From positions 13,492 through 77,491 of the IMG/VR virus record IMGVR_UViG_3300042566_000510: a stretch of DNA of 64,000 nucleotides; one strand, 5' to 3'. Shown in pieces: positions 47,187 to 56,528 of the stretch; position 1 is the first letter of the stretch; each line of letters begins with the position of its first letter. Made by a program: the position numbers and the translations under genes. The notes under the pieces were generated by a model, which was not told where the DNA came from, searched no databases, and worked only from the letters and a program-made list of their open reading frames with translations. This DNA comes from a virus.

Positions 47187-47698
47187 AAGAGAGCAACCGA
47201 CCATCAGCCCTCGAGCGCTTGAGCACGGCGATCAACTCTTCGGACTTGACCGTCGACGCGGACCACCGCACTGATGCCGACTACATCATTAGCCTCGGCA
47301 TCGCCGGGTCGCGCCATTCAAAGGTCGCGTCACCAATGATGCGATTGCACCTCAGCGGCACGAACACCAGCCTGAAGGCTGCATTCGACGCGGTGCTCAG
47401 CCTTGTGAAGCGCATGAACGCAAAGCGCAACTGGCGCCTCAATGGTCAGTCGCTTACCACCGTTTCGCTGCAAGCCTTGTCGCATCACGTCGCGCCAACA
47501 TGCACTTGCTGCAAGGGCCGCAAGTTCGAGCTGCAGGACGGTACGCCTGTGCTGTCAACCAAGCCGTGCCGTGTGTGCGGCGGATCCGGACGTCGCCCAG
47601 TCCAAAAGAAATTTCGCGAAGAGATCAACCATGTGGTCACGGCTCTTGAGTCGATCGACGACGTCACCGAGCGTGCCGTAGCAAGGCTTGTCCGATGA
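47183..47698 (+). CDS. Q-like antiterminator with zinc finger
   Basis: CTCCKGRK..CRVCGGSG; position at the end of the nin region. Confidence 0.6.
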   Translation: MKESNRPSALERLSTAINSSDLTVDADHRTDADYIISLGIAGSRHSKVASPMMRLHLSGTNTSLKAAFDAVLSLVKRMNAKRNWRLNGQSLTTVSLQALSHHVAPTCTCCKGRKFELQDGTPVLSTKPCRVCGGSGRRPVQKKFREEINHVVTALESIDDVTERAVARLVR

Positions 47699-47717
47699 TC
47701 GGCAGCAAAGGTAAACA

Positions 47718-48158
47718 ATGACAACGATAGTATTCAAGGACGGTGTGATGGCCGCGGACCGCATGGTCTGTAACGGCACATGCAAGATCGGCGAGCGAAC
47801 CAAGATCTTCAAGATCAACGGGCACCTGGCTGGGTTCGCTGGCAACCACGATACGGCCGCCGTTTTGCAGAACTGGGTGGAGCACGGAGCCAAAGAGGAA
47901 GAGTGGCCGTTTGATGAGAACGACCAGGCCGCCGTCATGCTTGTGACTCCGGACGGAAGGATCCTCGTGTACGAGCGCTACCCCTTCCCAGTTCTGATGG
48001 AGAACGACTTCTATGCCATCGGCTCTGGCAGCCCGTACGCCCTAGCAGCAATGCACCTTGGCTGCTCAGCAGAGCAAGCGGTAAAGACCGCATGCGAGCT
48101 TGACGTCTTCACTGGTGGCGAGGTTGACACGCTGTGCTTGAACGAAAAAACTCACTGA
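47718..48158 (+). CDS. Ntn-hydrolase/HslV-proteasome-like peptidase
   Basis: N-terminal MTTIV..AADR; AIGSGSPYALAAM; DVFTGG. Confidence 0.8.
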   Translation: MTTIVFKDGVMAADRMVCNGTCKIGERTKIFKINGHLAGFAGNHDTAAVLQNWVEHGAKEEEWPFDENDQAAVMLVTPDGRILVYERYPFPVLMENDFYAIGSGSPYALAAMHLGCSAEQAVKTACELDVFTGGEVDTLCLNEKTH

Positions 48159-48652
48159 AGCGCTCAGGCTTCAAGCGCCCGGTGATGGAGCGCAAGCCGG
48201 TAGTCCACAAGCCTCTGGATCCAAAGCATCGTCGCGTCGTCAACACGGGCCCGGTTGAGGGTGAGGTTCAGCCAATACAGAAGAACCCGCCTGGCAGAAA
48301 CCAGGCGTACCGAGATTTGGCCAAGGGCAAAGAGTGCATGCTGCGCGTTCCTGGTGTGTGCTGCCGTAACTCAGAGACGACCGTGCTTGCGCACAGCAAC
48401 AGCATGGCGAACGGAAAGGGAATGGGGCTCAAGGCGGACGACGCCATTGGCGCCGTCTGGGCCTGCTACACCTGTCACATGTGGGCAGACCAGGGGAAAG
48501 CTCCCCGCGAGCTCAAGGACGCCGCATTTGATCTCGGCGTTAAGCGCATGGAGACTCAGCTAGAGCAGATCATTGCCGACCCGCAGGCAAAGCCACGCGA
48601 CCGCAGTGCGGCCGAGTGGGCGTTAGAGCGCATCAGGGCTGTAGCCTCGTAG
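48134..48652 (+). CDS. DUF1364/YbcO-like nuclease
   Basis: CMLRVPGVC..TTVLAH..GMGLKADD..ACYTCH. Confidence 0.8.
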   Translation: MLERKNSLKRSGFKRPVMERKPVVHKPLDPKHRRVVNTGPVEGEVQPIQKNPPGRNQAYRDLAKGKECMLRVPGVCCRNSETTVLAHSNSMANGKGMGLKADDAIGAVWACYTCHMWADQGKAPRELKDAAFDLGVKRMETQLEQIIADPQAKPRDRSAAEWALERIRAVAS

Positions 48653-48895
48653 CAGGCGAGGCAGAATCTCGTGGGACGGGATTGAGGTGTGCGCATAGAC
48701 GCACAGACCGCCGGTCAACTCGCGGCGAGTGTAAACGTGATCGATGACGGAAATAGTCACTGCGTTGTCATCGCCAGCAAGAAGTTGCGGAAGCGGTGGC
48801 TTTTCGAGAATTCGGTAACGAGGATGCTCATTAAGAATGGGCCTCCGCTGGCCGTCCACGGGTCCGCCGATCAACAGGTAAGATTTTGAGCTCAT
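48623..48895 (-). CDS. Hypothetical protein
   Basis: LIGGPVDG motif. Confidence 0.6.
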   Translation of the reverse strand: MSSKSYLLIGGPVDGQRRPILNEHPRYRILEKPPLPQLLAGDDNAVTISVIDHVYTRRELTGGLCVYAHTSIPSHEILPRLLRGYSPDAL

Positions 48896-48897
48896 GG

Positions 48898-49095
48898 TTA
48901 ATCCTTGAATCTTGGTAGTGCAGCCCAGTGCGTCCACTCGTCCACCTTGCGGTAGATGCTCAGGTGTGCCACGCCGTACTTGCGGTTGATGAGTAAGAGC
49001 TTGACGCCAGAGGGTGGCGTCTGCTCGGTGATGGGTATCCAGCGCACGTCGGTATCAACCGCGGCCGCTCGGTCTGAGGTGGTCTTGATGGTCAT
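48898..49095 (-). CDS. DUF551-like small protein
   Basis: WIPI..WTHWAALP. Confidence 0.65.
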   Translation of the reverse strand: MTIKTTSDRAAAVDTDVRWIPITEQTPPSGVKLLLINRKYGVAHLSIYRKVDEWTHWAALPRFKD

Positions 49096-49364
49096 GCCTG
49101 GCCCTCTGATCGCATCGCGCGAGCCAGATGATCGGCCATATTTGCAGCGGCCAATGATCCGTCAGACTTGTTGCGCTCCAATGCTGCAGCCACGTCGCAA
49201 GCCTGGGCGCACTCTTGGCGCGCACGTTGCATTCCCTCTTGCACCCCTGCGGTCACCATATTCAGCACATGTTCGTACAGCGTCTCAGCCTCCTCGCTGG
49301 AGACCGAAATACCAAGGCGAGCCGACAACGCGCGGGCTAATGAGATTGGTTCGTGGTCGCTCAT
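49092..49364 (-). CDS. Hypothetical protein
   Basis: ARQECAQAC motif; coupled. Confidence 0.55.
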   Translation of the reverse strand: MSDHEPISLARALSARLGISVSSEEAETLYEHVLNMVTAGVQEGMQRARQECAQACDVAAALERNKSDGSLAAANMADHLARAMRSEGQA

Positions 49365-49464
49365 AAAACACCCCATGGAATCACGCGATAGCGCTTGTTG
49401 TTGATCTTCACGTACAGGCCAGGTTTGTTGAAAAACCGGGCTGACTGCCAATAAATCTTAATGT

Positions 49465-49638
49465 TCATGCGCCCTCCTGCAGGCGTTGCTTCGCCTTCAC
49501 AATGCATTTGTCACAGATGTGGCGCATACCATCTGTGGTGCTGACCATCTTCTTTGCCTTGCTCTTAGGGGTGCCGCAGAACGAGCACTTTGGCTCCAGC
49601 TCCTTCGGCTTGTCGAACGGTATTACTACTCCTGTCAT
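49465..49638 (-). CDS. Stand-alone ClpX C4-type zinc-finger protein (57 aa, not in ORF track)
   Basis: CSFCGTPKSKAKKMV..HICDKCI; ATGA overlaps at both ends. Confidence 0.75.
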   Translation of the reverse strand: MTGVVIPFDKPKELEPKCSFCGTPKSKAKKMVSTTDGMRHICDKCIVKAKQRLQEGA

Positions 49639-50315
49639 GCTGCGATTTCTTTCTGCTCTGCGGCCTTAGTCTCGTCGTACAGTTGAATGCCCCAAGCAAT
49701 CGCGTAGCAGCACCAGAGGAATTGGAAGGTGAACTCTTTACAACCCCACTCCCACGCGTCCTCAAAGTTGAAGTCGGCATTTCCACCGTCGAACGCTAGG
49801 GCGCTGTCAATAGCGCGAATTTCGCCGTCGCCCGCGTTGCACAGTACCTCGCCTTCAATTTCAGCCCAGAGCGCGTTCTTCAGAGCGGTGAACTCTGCAA
49901 TCTCGTCTGGCTCGGCCTCGCCGTCTTCTGGAGCTTCGCACTCGACCCAATTGTCGAAAGCTCGCTTGACGTTTTCGCGAAAGCGCTCTTCGCTGAATTC
50001 TTGGAATCCGTCGTGCGCACGCAGCTTCTCGGCCCAGTACTGCGGGTTGATACCGAGCTTTCTGCCCTTGCGGAGCGCATACTCGCGATCCGTGCGGAAG
50101 AACTCGAACATGTCCTCGAGGCGACGGAACACGTAGGTGCCGCAGTCTCCGTCAATACACAGCGTGCCAGGCCATGTGATGAGGTCGAACCAGTAGACCC
50201 CCTCGCCTGGGCGCTTGAACCGAATATGGCGGTGGACGCCGTCATCACGGATGATGTGCATCTCGTGGCCGGCAAGGTCTTTGAGCACGCGCTCTTCAGT
50301 GCAGGCGTACGTCAT
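49635..50315 (-). CDS. Phage hypothetical protein
   Basis: FDLITWPGTLCIDGDCGTYVFRRLEDMFEFFR..YWAEK..FLWCCYAI. Confidence 0.8.
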   Translation of the reverse strand: MTYACTEERVLKDLAGHEMHIIRDDGVHRHIRFKRPGEGVYWFDLITWPGTLCIDGDCGTYVFRRLEDMFEFFRTDREYALRKGRKLGINPQYWAEKLRAHDGFQEFSEERFRENVKRAFDNWVECEAPEDGEAEPDEIAEFTALKNALWAEIEGEVLCNAGDGEIRAIDSALAFDGGNADFNFEDAWEWGCKEFTFQFLWCCYAIAWGIQLYDETKAAEQKEIAA

Positions 50316-50566
50316 GCCGATGGCTCCTCATCCAATCCGCACCACTCCTTGGTCTGCGCGGCGAACTCAAAGTCGGGAGACTTGAAGGCTTCCTCTGGCG
50401 TGGTCGATGTGCAACCCCAGATGCGGTCGGTCAAATCGAAGTAGCTGTAGCCATGCTCACCGATTGGCTCTCCGGTTTCCGGGTCGAGCGTGCGAGTCTT
50501 GTACACGCCGCTACTCGTCGGCAGTACGTTGGGCGGAGACATCTCCGTGGTCTTTGCGTTGGTCAT
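50312..50566 (-). CDS. Hypothetical protein
   Basis: Coupled ORF. Confidence 0.55.
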   Translation of the reverse strand: MTNAKTTEMSPPNVLPTSSGVYKTRTLDPETGEPIGEHGYSYFDLTDRIWGCTSTTPEEAFKSPDFEFAAQTKEWCGLDEEPSA

Positions 50567-50739
50567 TTGTGTTGGCTCCATTCCTTGTCAATCATTGCTC
50601 GCACCCACGGGCTCATCCCTTCAGGCGCAAGCTTCTCGAGTTTCTTGCGGTGCTCTTCGGTGAGCACAATATTCACGCGTGCGGTCACGCCTTGAACGCC
50701 GTCGATTGCTCGGCGGCCGCGTCGGTTTTGTTGTTTCAT
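50563..50739 (-). CDS. Ribbon-helix-helix-like protein (58 aa, not in ORF track)
   Basis: RVNIVLTEEHRKKLEKLAPEGMSPWVRAMID. Confidence 0.6.
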   Translation of the reverse strand: MKQQNRRGRRAIDGVQGVTARVNIVLTEEHRKKLEKLAPEGMSPWVRAMIDKEWSQHK

Positions 50740-51011
50740 TTGAGACCTTTTTGAAAGCGGCTGCGTCGGTTGTGCTTTTGAAAAGCGTCAGCGATCCGCT
50801 CTGGGTTGAGGCCAACCTTTGCGCACCAGAACTGGAGCGGCTGAGAGGCTGGCGAGAAGAAAAACGAATCGCCATCAAGCCATGCTTGCGCAAATGTTGC
50901 GGCGACAAGATGAGCCTCTGGCATTCCCGAGACGGAGTGGTCCATCCAGCGCAGCACTATCTTCCTGAACTGCTCATGCGTTGCCGTCAATGGCTTTTGT
51001 TCCGTGGTCAT
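50736..51011 (-). CDS. Hypothetical protein
   Basis: Coupled ORF. Confidence 0.6.
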   Translation of the reverse strand: MTTEQKPLTATHEQFRKIVLRWMDHSVSGMPEAHLVAATFAQAWLDGDSFFFSPASQPLQFWCAKVGLNPERIADAFQKHNRRSRFQKGLK

Positions 51012-51220
51012 TACTTCCCTCGGTACGTTGCGTGGTTCGGGCTGATCTCGCACACCAGGTCGTAGTTCCCCATGGCCAGCGGCTTCTTTGCCTTGGTGTT
51101 AATGGTCAACACAAGCCCGTAACTTTTAGCCAAGAGCACAAGCGCGGCGGCTTTGTCAGCCAGGCCGTTGAGCACTTCTCTTGCGTCGTCTTCTGTCTCG
51201 ATTTGGTCTACTGGTTTCAT
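51011..51220 (-). CDS. Hypothetical protein
   Basis: GLVLTI..PLAMGNY. Confidence 0.6.
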   Translation of the reverse strand: MKPVDQIETEDDAREVLNGLADKAAALVLLAKSYGLVLTINTKAKKPLAMGNYDLVCEISPNHATYRGK

Positions 51221-52044
51221 GCAGCCTCCTGTGTTAATTCGGCCAGCGCAGCGGTGCATACGTCAACCTTCTTTTGATAGTCGACGAGCTGGTACTCCAG
51301 CGATTTGCGAGCCGCCGCATTCACGTCGTCGGTGATCTGCTGCGGAACGGGTATGCCGTACTTTTTGCAGTTGGCGATCAGCTCTCTGGGGTAGCTGCGT
51401 TTTTCCTCATCGGACAGGTACTCATTCACCATGGCTTCCGTGATTTCCTTGGCCTTGGCCTGTGCCTCTTCAAGACCGCAGCAGGGAATTACCTTGGCAG
51501 TTTTGCTGTCGTTGTAGCGATTGTTTTTGTCGCGGTAAGTGACGCTCCAGCGAATCTTCTTGTCGTACCCGCGGCTTGGGTAAAGCTGCAGCAGGCCGTA
51601 GTTGTAGTAGCCGCTGTAGCCCTCGAGGGTCTCGTCTACCGAGATGATCTCGAGGTCAGGTCGGTAGTCGTGGATCGCCACGTAATGCGTGACCTTGCCC
51701 GACAAAAAATTGTCAAGGTCGGCCAGCTCTTCGTGCAGCTTGATGCGATCCTTGCGGGCGCGCTCCTCGTTATCGAATGCGTAGCGCTCGGTGCGCAGCT
51801 CCGCAATCTCGGCACGCAGGTCTGATAGCCTCTTCTCGGCAGCCGCAGTCTCTGCGTCCAGTTTTGGCTTCGGCGGTGTGCGGAATACGCGCTTCCATGT
51901 TGTCGCCTCGCCGGAGCTCGGACCGTACTCGTCGTCCTCATAGATGGGCCGTACGAAGTACTCGCCCATGGATTGCGCGATGAACTCAGCTTCTTCGCCG
52001 TGTTCGCTGTAGACGGTGTCACCTTGTTTGAATGTGGCGCTCAT
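51217..52044 (-). CDS. Hypothetical protein
   Basis: 275 aa; AGGAG RBS. Confidence 0.75.
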   Translation of the reverse strand: MSATFKQGDTVYSEHGEEAEFIAQSMGEYFVRPIYEDDEYGPSSGEATTWKRVFRTPPKPKLDAETAAAEKRLSDLRAEIAELRTERYAFDNEERARKDRIKLHEELADLDNFLSGKVTHYVAIHDYRPDLEIISVDETLEGYSGYYNYGLLQLYPSRGYDKKIRWSVTYRDKNNRYNDSKTAKVIPCCGLEEAQAKAKEITEAMVNEYLSDEEKRSYPRELIANCKKYGIPVPQQITDDVNAAARKSLEYQLVDYQKKVDVCTAALAELTQEAA

Positions 52045-52086
52045 ACGTACTCCTAAATGTTTGTTAGTGCTACTGCTTGTTGCTCA

Positions 52087-52113
52087 CCGGGCCTAAAAAA
52101 AAGGCCCGGCTTT
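52087..52113. terminator. Hairpin/terminator
   Basis: CCGGGCCT-A7-AGGCCCGG. Confidence 0.5.
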
Positions 52114-52116
52114 CAA

Positions 52117-52356
52117 TCATGCAGCTTGAGTCGTGGGGCGAAAGATGCGACCGTGTGAGCTGTCGTGGCGTGACTCGAGCTCTTTCACTTTGGCTTGGGC
52201 ATCGGCTTCTGCGGTTGGTCCGCTGAAGGCTTGATAACCAACAAAGTGCAGGCCGGCGTACTCGGCGACGACGGTGTTGCCGTTGGCCAACTGGCGAGGG
52301 ATGTCGCGCTCGACGGCTTCGTTGTTCTGGCGGTTAATGACTGACAAATCTTGCAT
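52117..52356 (-). CDS. Hypothetical protein
   Basis: ORF with RBS. Confidence 0.6.
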   Translation of the reverse strand: MQDLSVINRQNNEAVERDIPRQLANGNTVVAEYAGLHFVGYQAFSGPTAEADAQAKVKELESRHDSSHGRIFRPTTQAA

Positions 52357-52369
52357 GATATTTTCTTTC

Positions 52370-52942
52370 TTAAGTCCATGAATCCTCAGTAATGAGGCGA
52401 TTGCTTTTTTGCCTGTTCACGAAGGCCAGGCAAGGCCTTAAATTGTGGTGGCTGTGCAGCCCGCATACGCGCTCGCTTTGCAGTGGGATAATGTGATCAA
52501 CATCAACATCAAACCCTGCTTGTCGAAATTCATGGGCAAGCTCGTAGATCTCTCTGATCTCCTGCTGGTTTGCCCACGACGGCGTTGCTGTGATCTTTGC
52601 TGATCGCCTTGCGGCGACATGCGCTTGGTATATGTGTCGGTTTCTTTGTACGTGCTGCCTGTTGTACTCCTTCACTTTTTCTTTGTTGAGTTTGACGTAT
52701 TTCTGAACGTACTTGACGTACTTTTGTTTGTTGTTATTGGCCCACTGCTTTCTCTTGGCGCGCAAGTTTGTGATTGCCTCGTCGCTTAGCGCTTGGTATG
52801 CCAGGCGCGATCCGTTGTTGACGCAGACTTTGCAGTACGACCGCAGACCATCCTTCTTTTGCGCGTCTTTGCCAAAGAGATTTAATGGCTTCTCTTCGTT
52901 GCATCGTTGGCATGTTTTCAGGTCTTGCATGTCATGCTCCAT
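52370..52942 (-). CDS. HNH endonuclease with zinc finger
   Basis: CQRC..CKVC; ATPSWA; DVDHIIPLQSERVCGLH..NL..NRQKSN. Confidence 0.88.
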   Translation of the reverse strand: MEHDMQDLKTCQRCNEEKPLNLFGKDAQKKDGLRSYCKVCVNNGSRLAYQALSDEAITNLRAKRKQWANNNKQKYVKYVQKYVKLNKEKVKEYNRQHVQRNRHIYQAHVAARRSAKITATPSWANQQEIREIYELAHEFRQAGFDVDVDHIIPLQSERVCGLHSHHNLRPCLAFVNRQKSNRLITEDSWT

Positions 52943-53389
52943 TCAGGCGAGTGCGAGCTCCCCGTGGTGGCTGCGCTGATTGGCCTTGGCTAAGCGAGCG
53001 AGGCCAGACAAGAAGTCGAAGCGGATCTGATCAGCGCGGTCAACTGGCAGACCGTGGCGGCGACCCTCAACAGCGCGGATCAGGTCGGACACCTCCTTGG
53101 TGCTGGTGACGCCGGAGCGAATCAGCGGGGCAAAAGGTGCGATTTGAGCTGCAGCTTGTTGTGCAAGCGCTTCGCGGCGGCGGGCAATGATCGCTTCGGA
53201 CGCCGTGTCCCAGGCTTCATCATGCGTTGCGTGAGATGTCACGCTGCCGTTTGTGTGCAGCAGTTCATAGGTGCGATCCCATCCGCCGGCGTTGTTGGCG
53301 ATCTCGCGGATCTGGATGACGTAGGGGTAGATGTCGCCCACGCTGTGCTTCTGAATGCTGCTACCGTCGTTGCTGTGTCCTTGATACAT
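52943..53389 (-). CDS. Hypothetical protein
   Basis: AGGAG RBS; downstream of a TTGACA promoter and operator at 53404. Confidence 0.65.
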   Translation of the reverse strand: MYQGHSNDGSSIQKHSVGDIYPYVIQIREIANNAGGWDRTYELLHTNGSVTSHATHDEAWDTASEAIIARRREALAQQAAAQIAPFAPLIRSGVTSTKEVSDLIRAVEGRRHGLPVDRADQIRFDFLSGLARLAKANQRSHHGELALA

Positions 53390-53488
53390 TTTCGTTCTCC
53401 TAAAAACAGTTTGTTGCGATGGGTGAATTATTACACAAGAAATTAACCTGTCAAATCATGCGCAATAATTCCCCTGCATTTTGGTGGG

Positions 53489-53995
53489 TTATTTCTTGCC
53501 CAAGTGAAAGAACGGATTCGAGTAGTCCTTCCAAACTTCGTTGGCGCGGATAGCTTGGATGGTTGACTGGTTGCAGCCAAGGCGCCGTGCGACGGCTCGG
53601 CCAGACTCTGGCGAGTTGCGGATCTCGTCGATCTGTTCTTGCGTGAAGCGTGAGGCTTTGCGCTTTGACTGCGCGATCTTCGCGTTGCGCGTTGGCCGGC
53701 GCGCATAGCCCGTAGTCTTCGCGGCGCGCGTGATAAGTTGCCTCCTATTCATGCGAATAACGTGAGATGGGTTGACGCACAGCGGGTTGTTGCACGAAGT
53801 TGTTGCGACGTCGCCTTCGCGCATGCAGACGTCGCGAATCTCGAGAATCACGCGCCGCACAGCTAAGATCTTTCGCGAACCAGGCAGGCGCATGACCGGC
53901 CTGCCATTAGTGTCCTTTGACCCGGTCCAGTACCAGCAGTCCCCGAACTCCTCCGACTTCTCTTGCAGGAATGAGATGATTTTGTCCAGAGTCAT
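53489..53995 (-). CDS. Degenerate HNH-like protein with C-terminal HTH
   Basis: CWYWTG..CNNPLCVNPSH; GRAVARRLGCNQSTI. Confidence 0.7.
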   Translation of the reverse strand: MTLDKIISFLQEKSEEFGDCWYWTGSKDTNGRPVMRLPGSRKILAVRRVILEIRDVCMREGDVATTSCNNPLCVNPSHVIRMNRRQLITRAAKTTGYARRPTRNAKIAQSKRKASRFTQEQIDEIRNSPESGRAVARRLGCNQSTIQAIRANEVWKDYSNPFFHLGKK

Positions 53996-54168
53996 CAGTG
54001 GCACACCTCCGTGCTGCTCTTCGTATGAGCCGGCTTCACGCATGGCTCTGCTTTGCGCCAGTACTGAACGTCCATGATGACTGTGACTAGGGCAATCGCC
54101 GCGATGGCGTACAGCAGCCAGTGAGTGTCTTCTTTGAGTTGTTGAAAATCGCAGCTCATGCTTACTCC

Positions 54169-54450
54169 TTAATATCCATTGATAAATTCAATTGCCTGAC
54201 GAATGAGGCTGCCCAGCAGCCATGCGACAAACATCGCCAAATGGAGGGCGACCGTTATGGAAAGCGTCGCCAACAAGGGGATAAGCAGACCCCATCGTGA
54301 TCCCGTCACCTCGACTGCCAGTAGGCACAAAAAGGTGCCAATCGCCACAATCGCCAAGCGGTCGACGATGCGTTGGTATCTGTAGTGGTGGCGGCTTGCT
54401 GGGTTGTCGATGCTTGTGCAGTATCTGATTCTGTATTCGTGGTAGGTCAT
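54169..54450 (-). CDS. Membrane protein
   Basis: Two hydrophobic segments. Confidence 0.55.
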   Translation of the reverse strand: MTYHEYRIRYCTSIDNPASRHHYRYQRIVDRLAIVAIGTFLCLLAVEVTGSRWGLLIPLLATLSITVALHLAMFVAWLLGSLIRQAIEFINGY

Positions 54451-54668
54451 ACGTTTTTCTCCTTGTGTAATTTCCGCTTCTCGAGCTTGGGGAATTTGTC
54501 GATTGTGCTTGCGACAGGCTCGTCAGGGTTCGCCTCGCGCAGCCTTGCCTTGGCGCCGTAAAGCTGCCCGTTTTCTTTGGCCTTCTCTTCGGACCTGATG
54601 GTGGCCAGGAAGTCTGGCATATACGTTTTCACGTAATCGGGATGGAAGGCGTTGATTTGTTTTGTCAT
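54447..54668 (-). CDS. Hypothetical protein
   Basis: Coupled ORF with GGAG RBS. Confidence 0.55.
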   Translation of the reverse strand: MTKQINAFHPDYVKTYMPDFLATIRSEEKAKENGQLYGAKARLREANPDEPVASTIDKFPKLEKRKLHKEKNV

Positions 54669-54883
54669 GTGTTCTCCTTGGATTTTGCGTCGATGCACTC
54701 TTTACATATGAATTTCATTGGACCTCCAGCCCACGTCTTGATGTGCCCGCCAATGGTTGATTTGTCTTTCTGACATTTCCAACACATCTGCTTTTTCCTG
54801 CTGCGAATTTGCTTTAGAAAAACATCTGGCAATCCCGCATTGAGATTCTCTGCAACAACATTTTTTGCTCCTTGTCCTCTCAT
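54665..54883 (-). CDS. Small zinc-finger protein
   Basis: CWKC..ICKEC. Confidence 0.6.
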   Translation of the reverse strand: MRGQGAKNVVAENLNAGLPDVFLKQIRSRKKQMCWKCQKDKSTIGGHIKTWAGGPMKFICKECIDAKSKENT

Positions 54884-54886
54884 GTC

Positions 54887-55486
54887 TTACTCCTTTATGC
54901 CGTGGACGGCTTCTGCTTTAGTGATTACGAATTGGGCAATTGCAAGCCAACGCTTTGCTTCAGTCAAAGCATCAGGTGCTGCGTCGATGTATTTAGCAAT
55001 CCACTTCAGTGTTTCCAGCAACTCAATGTTGATCTCCGTCAGCGGCTTCTGTGATGGTTGTGGTTTGGTGTAGAGCACTGGAACCCAGACATCTGGTATA
55101 GCTCGGCCCATGGCAACATATTCAAAGGGCCAGTGCAGGCGCTCAATCCAATCTTCTCTCAAGACCATGCTGCCGTTGACCTGCCACGCCACAGACTCAT
55201 CCTGCTCTTGCTTCTGTGGTGATTGTGGTGTGGTGTAGAGTAGATGTTCGCCATCGGAAAGACGGCTTAATCCAAGTTCCCATTCCCATAATTCAGCGTG
55301 TTGATCGCCTCCTTTGCGCCATGTGCGAATCGTCGCCACAGGCTCACCCTGCTCTTGCTTGGCTAGTGCTTCTTCTAGGGCTTTTTCGACTGCGTTGTAT
55401 TTCACGCATTCCGCTTTACTCAACTTGTAATTGCCAGAATGATTCCTTAACGCCTCAAGCGCCAGTGTCATTGCTTCTTTACTCAT
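54887..55486 (-). CDS. Modular EPVA..LYTxP cassette protein A
   Basis: Two QEQxExVA..LYTxPQ cassettes. Confidence 0.75.
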   Translation of the reverse strand: MSKEAMTLALEALRNHSGNYKLSKAECVKYNAVEKALEEALAKQEQGEPVATIRTWRKGGDQHAELWEWELGLSRLSDGEHLLYTTPQSPQKQEQDESVAWQVNGSMVLREDWIERLHWPFEYVAMGRAIPDVWVPVLYTKPQPSQKPLTEINIELLETLKWIAKYIDAAPDALTEAKRWLAIAQFVITKAEAVHGIKE

Positions 55487-56277
55487 GGTCGCTCTCTATT
55501 GAATCGTTAATCAACTGCTGCTTCACCAGCTCCAAGCATCCAATCACAGTCGCCATGTACAGCGACTCGTCGTACTTGTGAATCAGCTCCAGCATTTCAT
55601 CGACCAATCCGCCAGCTACCTTGCCTTGGTTAATTATCATTTGTTCTTCTCCTGTAGCGCCTGAATCGTTGCACGTTGAATGGCTTCGCCGTATTTGATG
55701 CTGTTCATCGGGGTGTACTCTTGCACGCGACCACGAAGGGATACCAGCTCATCGTCCGTCAGCCCTACCCACGACTTCTGTGATGGTTGTGGTTTGGTGT
55801 AGAGGGCGCGAACTTCCCAGCCAACCGAACTGTCACGCCACCATTTTGCATCGGCTTCGTTTGTGTTTTTCCATTTATTTTCTGTTTCTGTTGGGTGCCT
55901 CTTTTGCCATTGCGCCACAGGCTCATCCTGCTCTTGCTTCTGTGATGGTTGTGGTTTGGTGTAGAGAGACGTTATCTCCCATCCATCAAAAGCGTCAGGC
56001 TCTCCATTAAAGCTCAACTCATGCAGCGGCTTTCCTGTCACACTTCCTGTTGGGTGGTATCTGAGGTACGCCAATGGGGGTTGTTTAACTGTTTGTGTTG
56101 ACCGTGTCTCGGCATGTAGAGTAATCAACTGATTTATTTCTGCTTTTACCTCACACCACGTAACCTCATCAGCAGAGAATCCGCGCTTGCTCCAATCTTT
56201 GAAACGGCGATACATCTGCGTAACGATTTCATCGGCGCGACTGTCATCCCACGCCACAGGCTCACCCTGCTCTTGCT
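55046..56277. repeat. Two families of coding repeats flanking variable cassettes
   Basis: 30-mer CTTCTGTGATGGTTGTGGTTTGGTGTAGAG at 55046, 55775, 55937 (variant at 55211); 26-mer CGCCACAGRCTCAYCCTGCTCTTGCT at 55187, 55334, 55913, 56252. Confidence 0.9.
55479..55640 (-). CDS. Small hypothetical protein (53 aa, not in ORF track)
   Basis: MATVIGCLELVKQQL; overlaps both neighbours. Confidence 0.6.
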   Translation of the reverse strand: MIINQGKVAGGLVDEMLELIHKYDESLYMATVIGCLELVKQQLINDSIESDHE

Positions 56278-56437
56278 GTAATACTTTTGGTGGTGTCGGC
56301 GACATTGATGTCGTCGACTTGTGACCACCCAACGCTTGGTCAATCGCCGCAAGGGCTTCGTAGATTGACTGGTTGCTCGCGCGTTTGTTTGATAGCGCTT
56401 TGCGCGCCAGGTGCAGCGCTTCGTCTTTGGTGGTCAT
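55637..56437 (-). CDS. Modular EPVA..LYTxP cassette protein B
   Basis: MTTKDEAL start; two cassettes; WVGLTDDE C-terminal module. Confidence 0.75.
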   Translation of the reverse strand: MTTKDEALHLARKALSNKRASNQSIYEALAAIDQALGGHKSTTSMSPTPPKVLQQEQGEPVAWDDSRADEIVTQMYRRFKDWSKRGFSADEVTWCEVKAEINQLITLHAETRSTQTVKQPPLAYLRYHPTGSVTGKPLHELSFNGEPDAFDGWEITSLYTKPQPSQKQEQDEPVAQWQKRHPTETENKWKNTNEADAKWWRDSSVGWEVRALYTKPQPSQKSWVGLTDDELVSLRGRVQEYTPMNSIKYGEAIQRATIQALQEKNK

Positions 56438-56528
56438 AGCGGCGCGTCCTCGTAGTTGTCTGGGTTGAATTTCGGAACGCGATTGCTGCGGTCCAGTGGG
56501 TTTGGGTAGGGTGGGAATGGCCAGGTGT

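Noticed and set aside
55046-56277. CRISPR array
   Set aside because: The repeats are in-frame coding, of two types, with irregular spacing of about 90 to several hundred bp, and no cas genes are present
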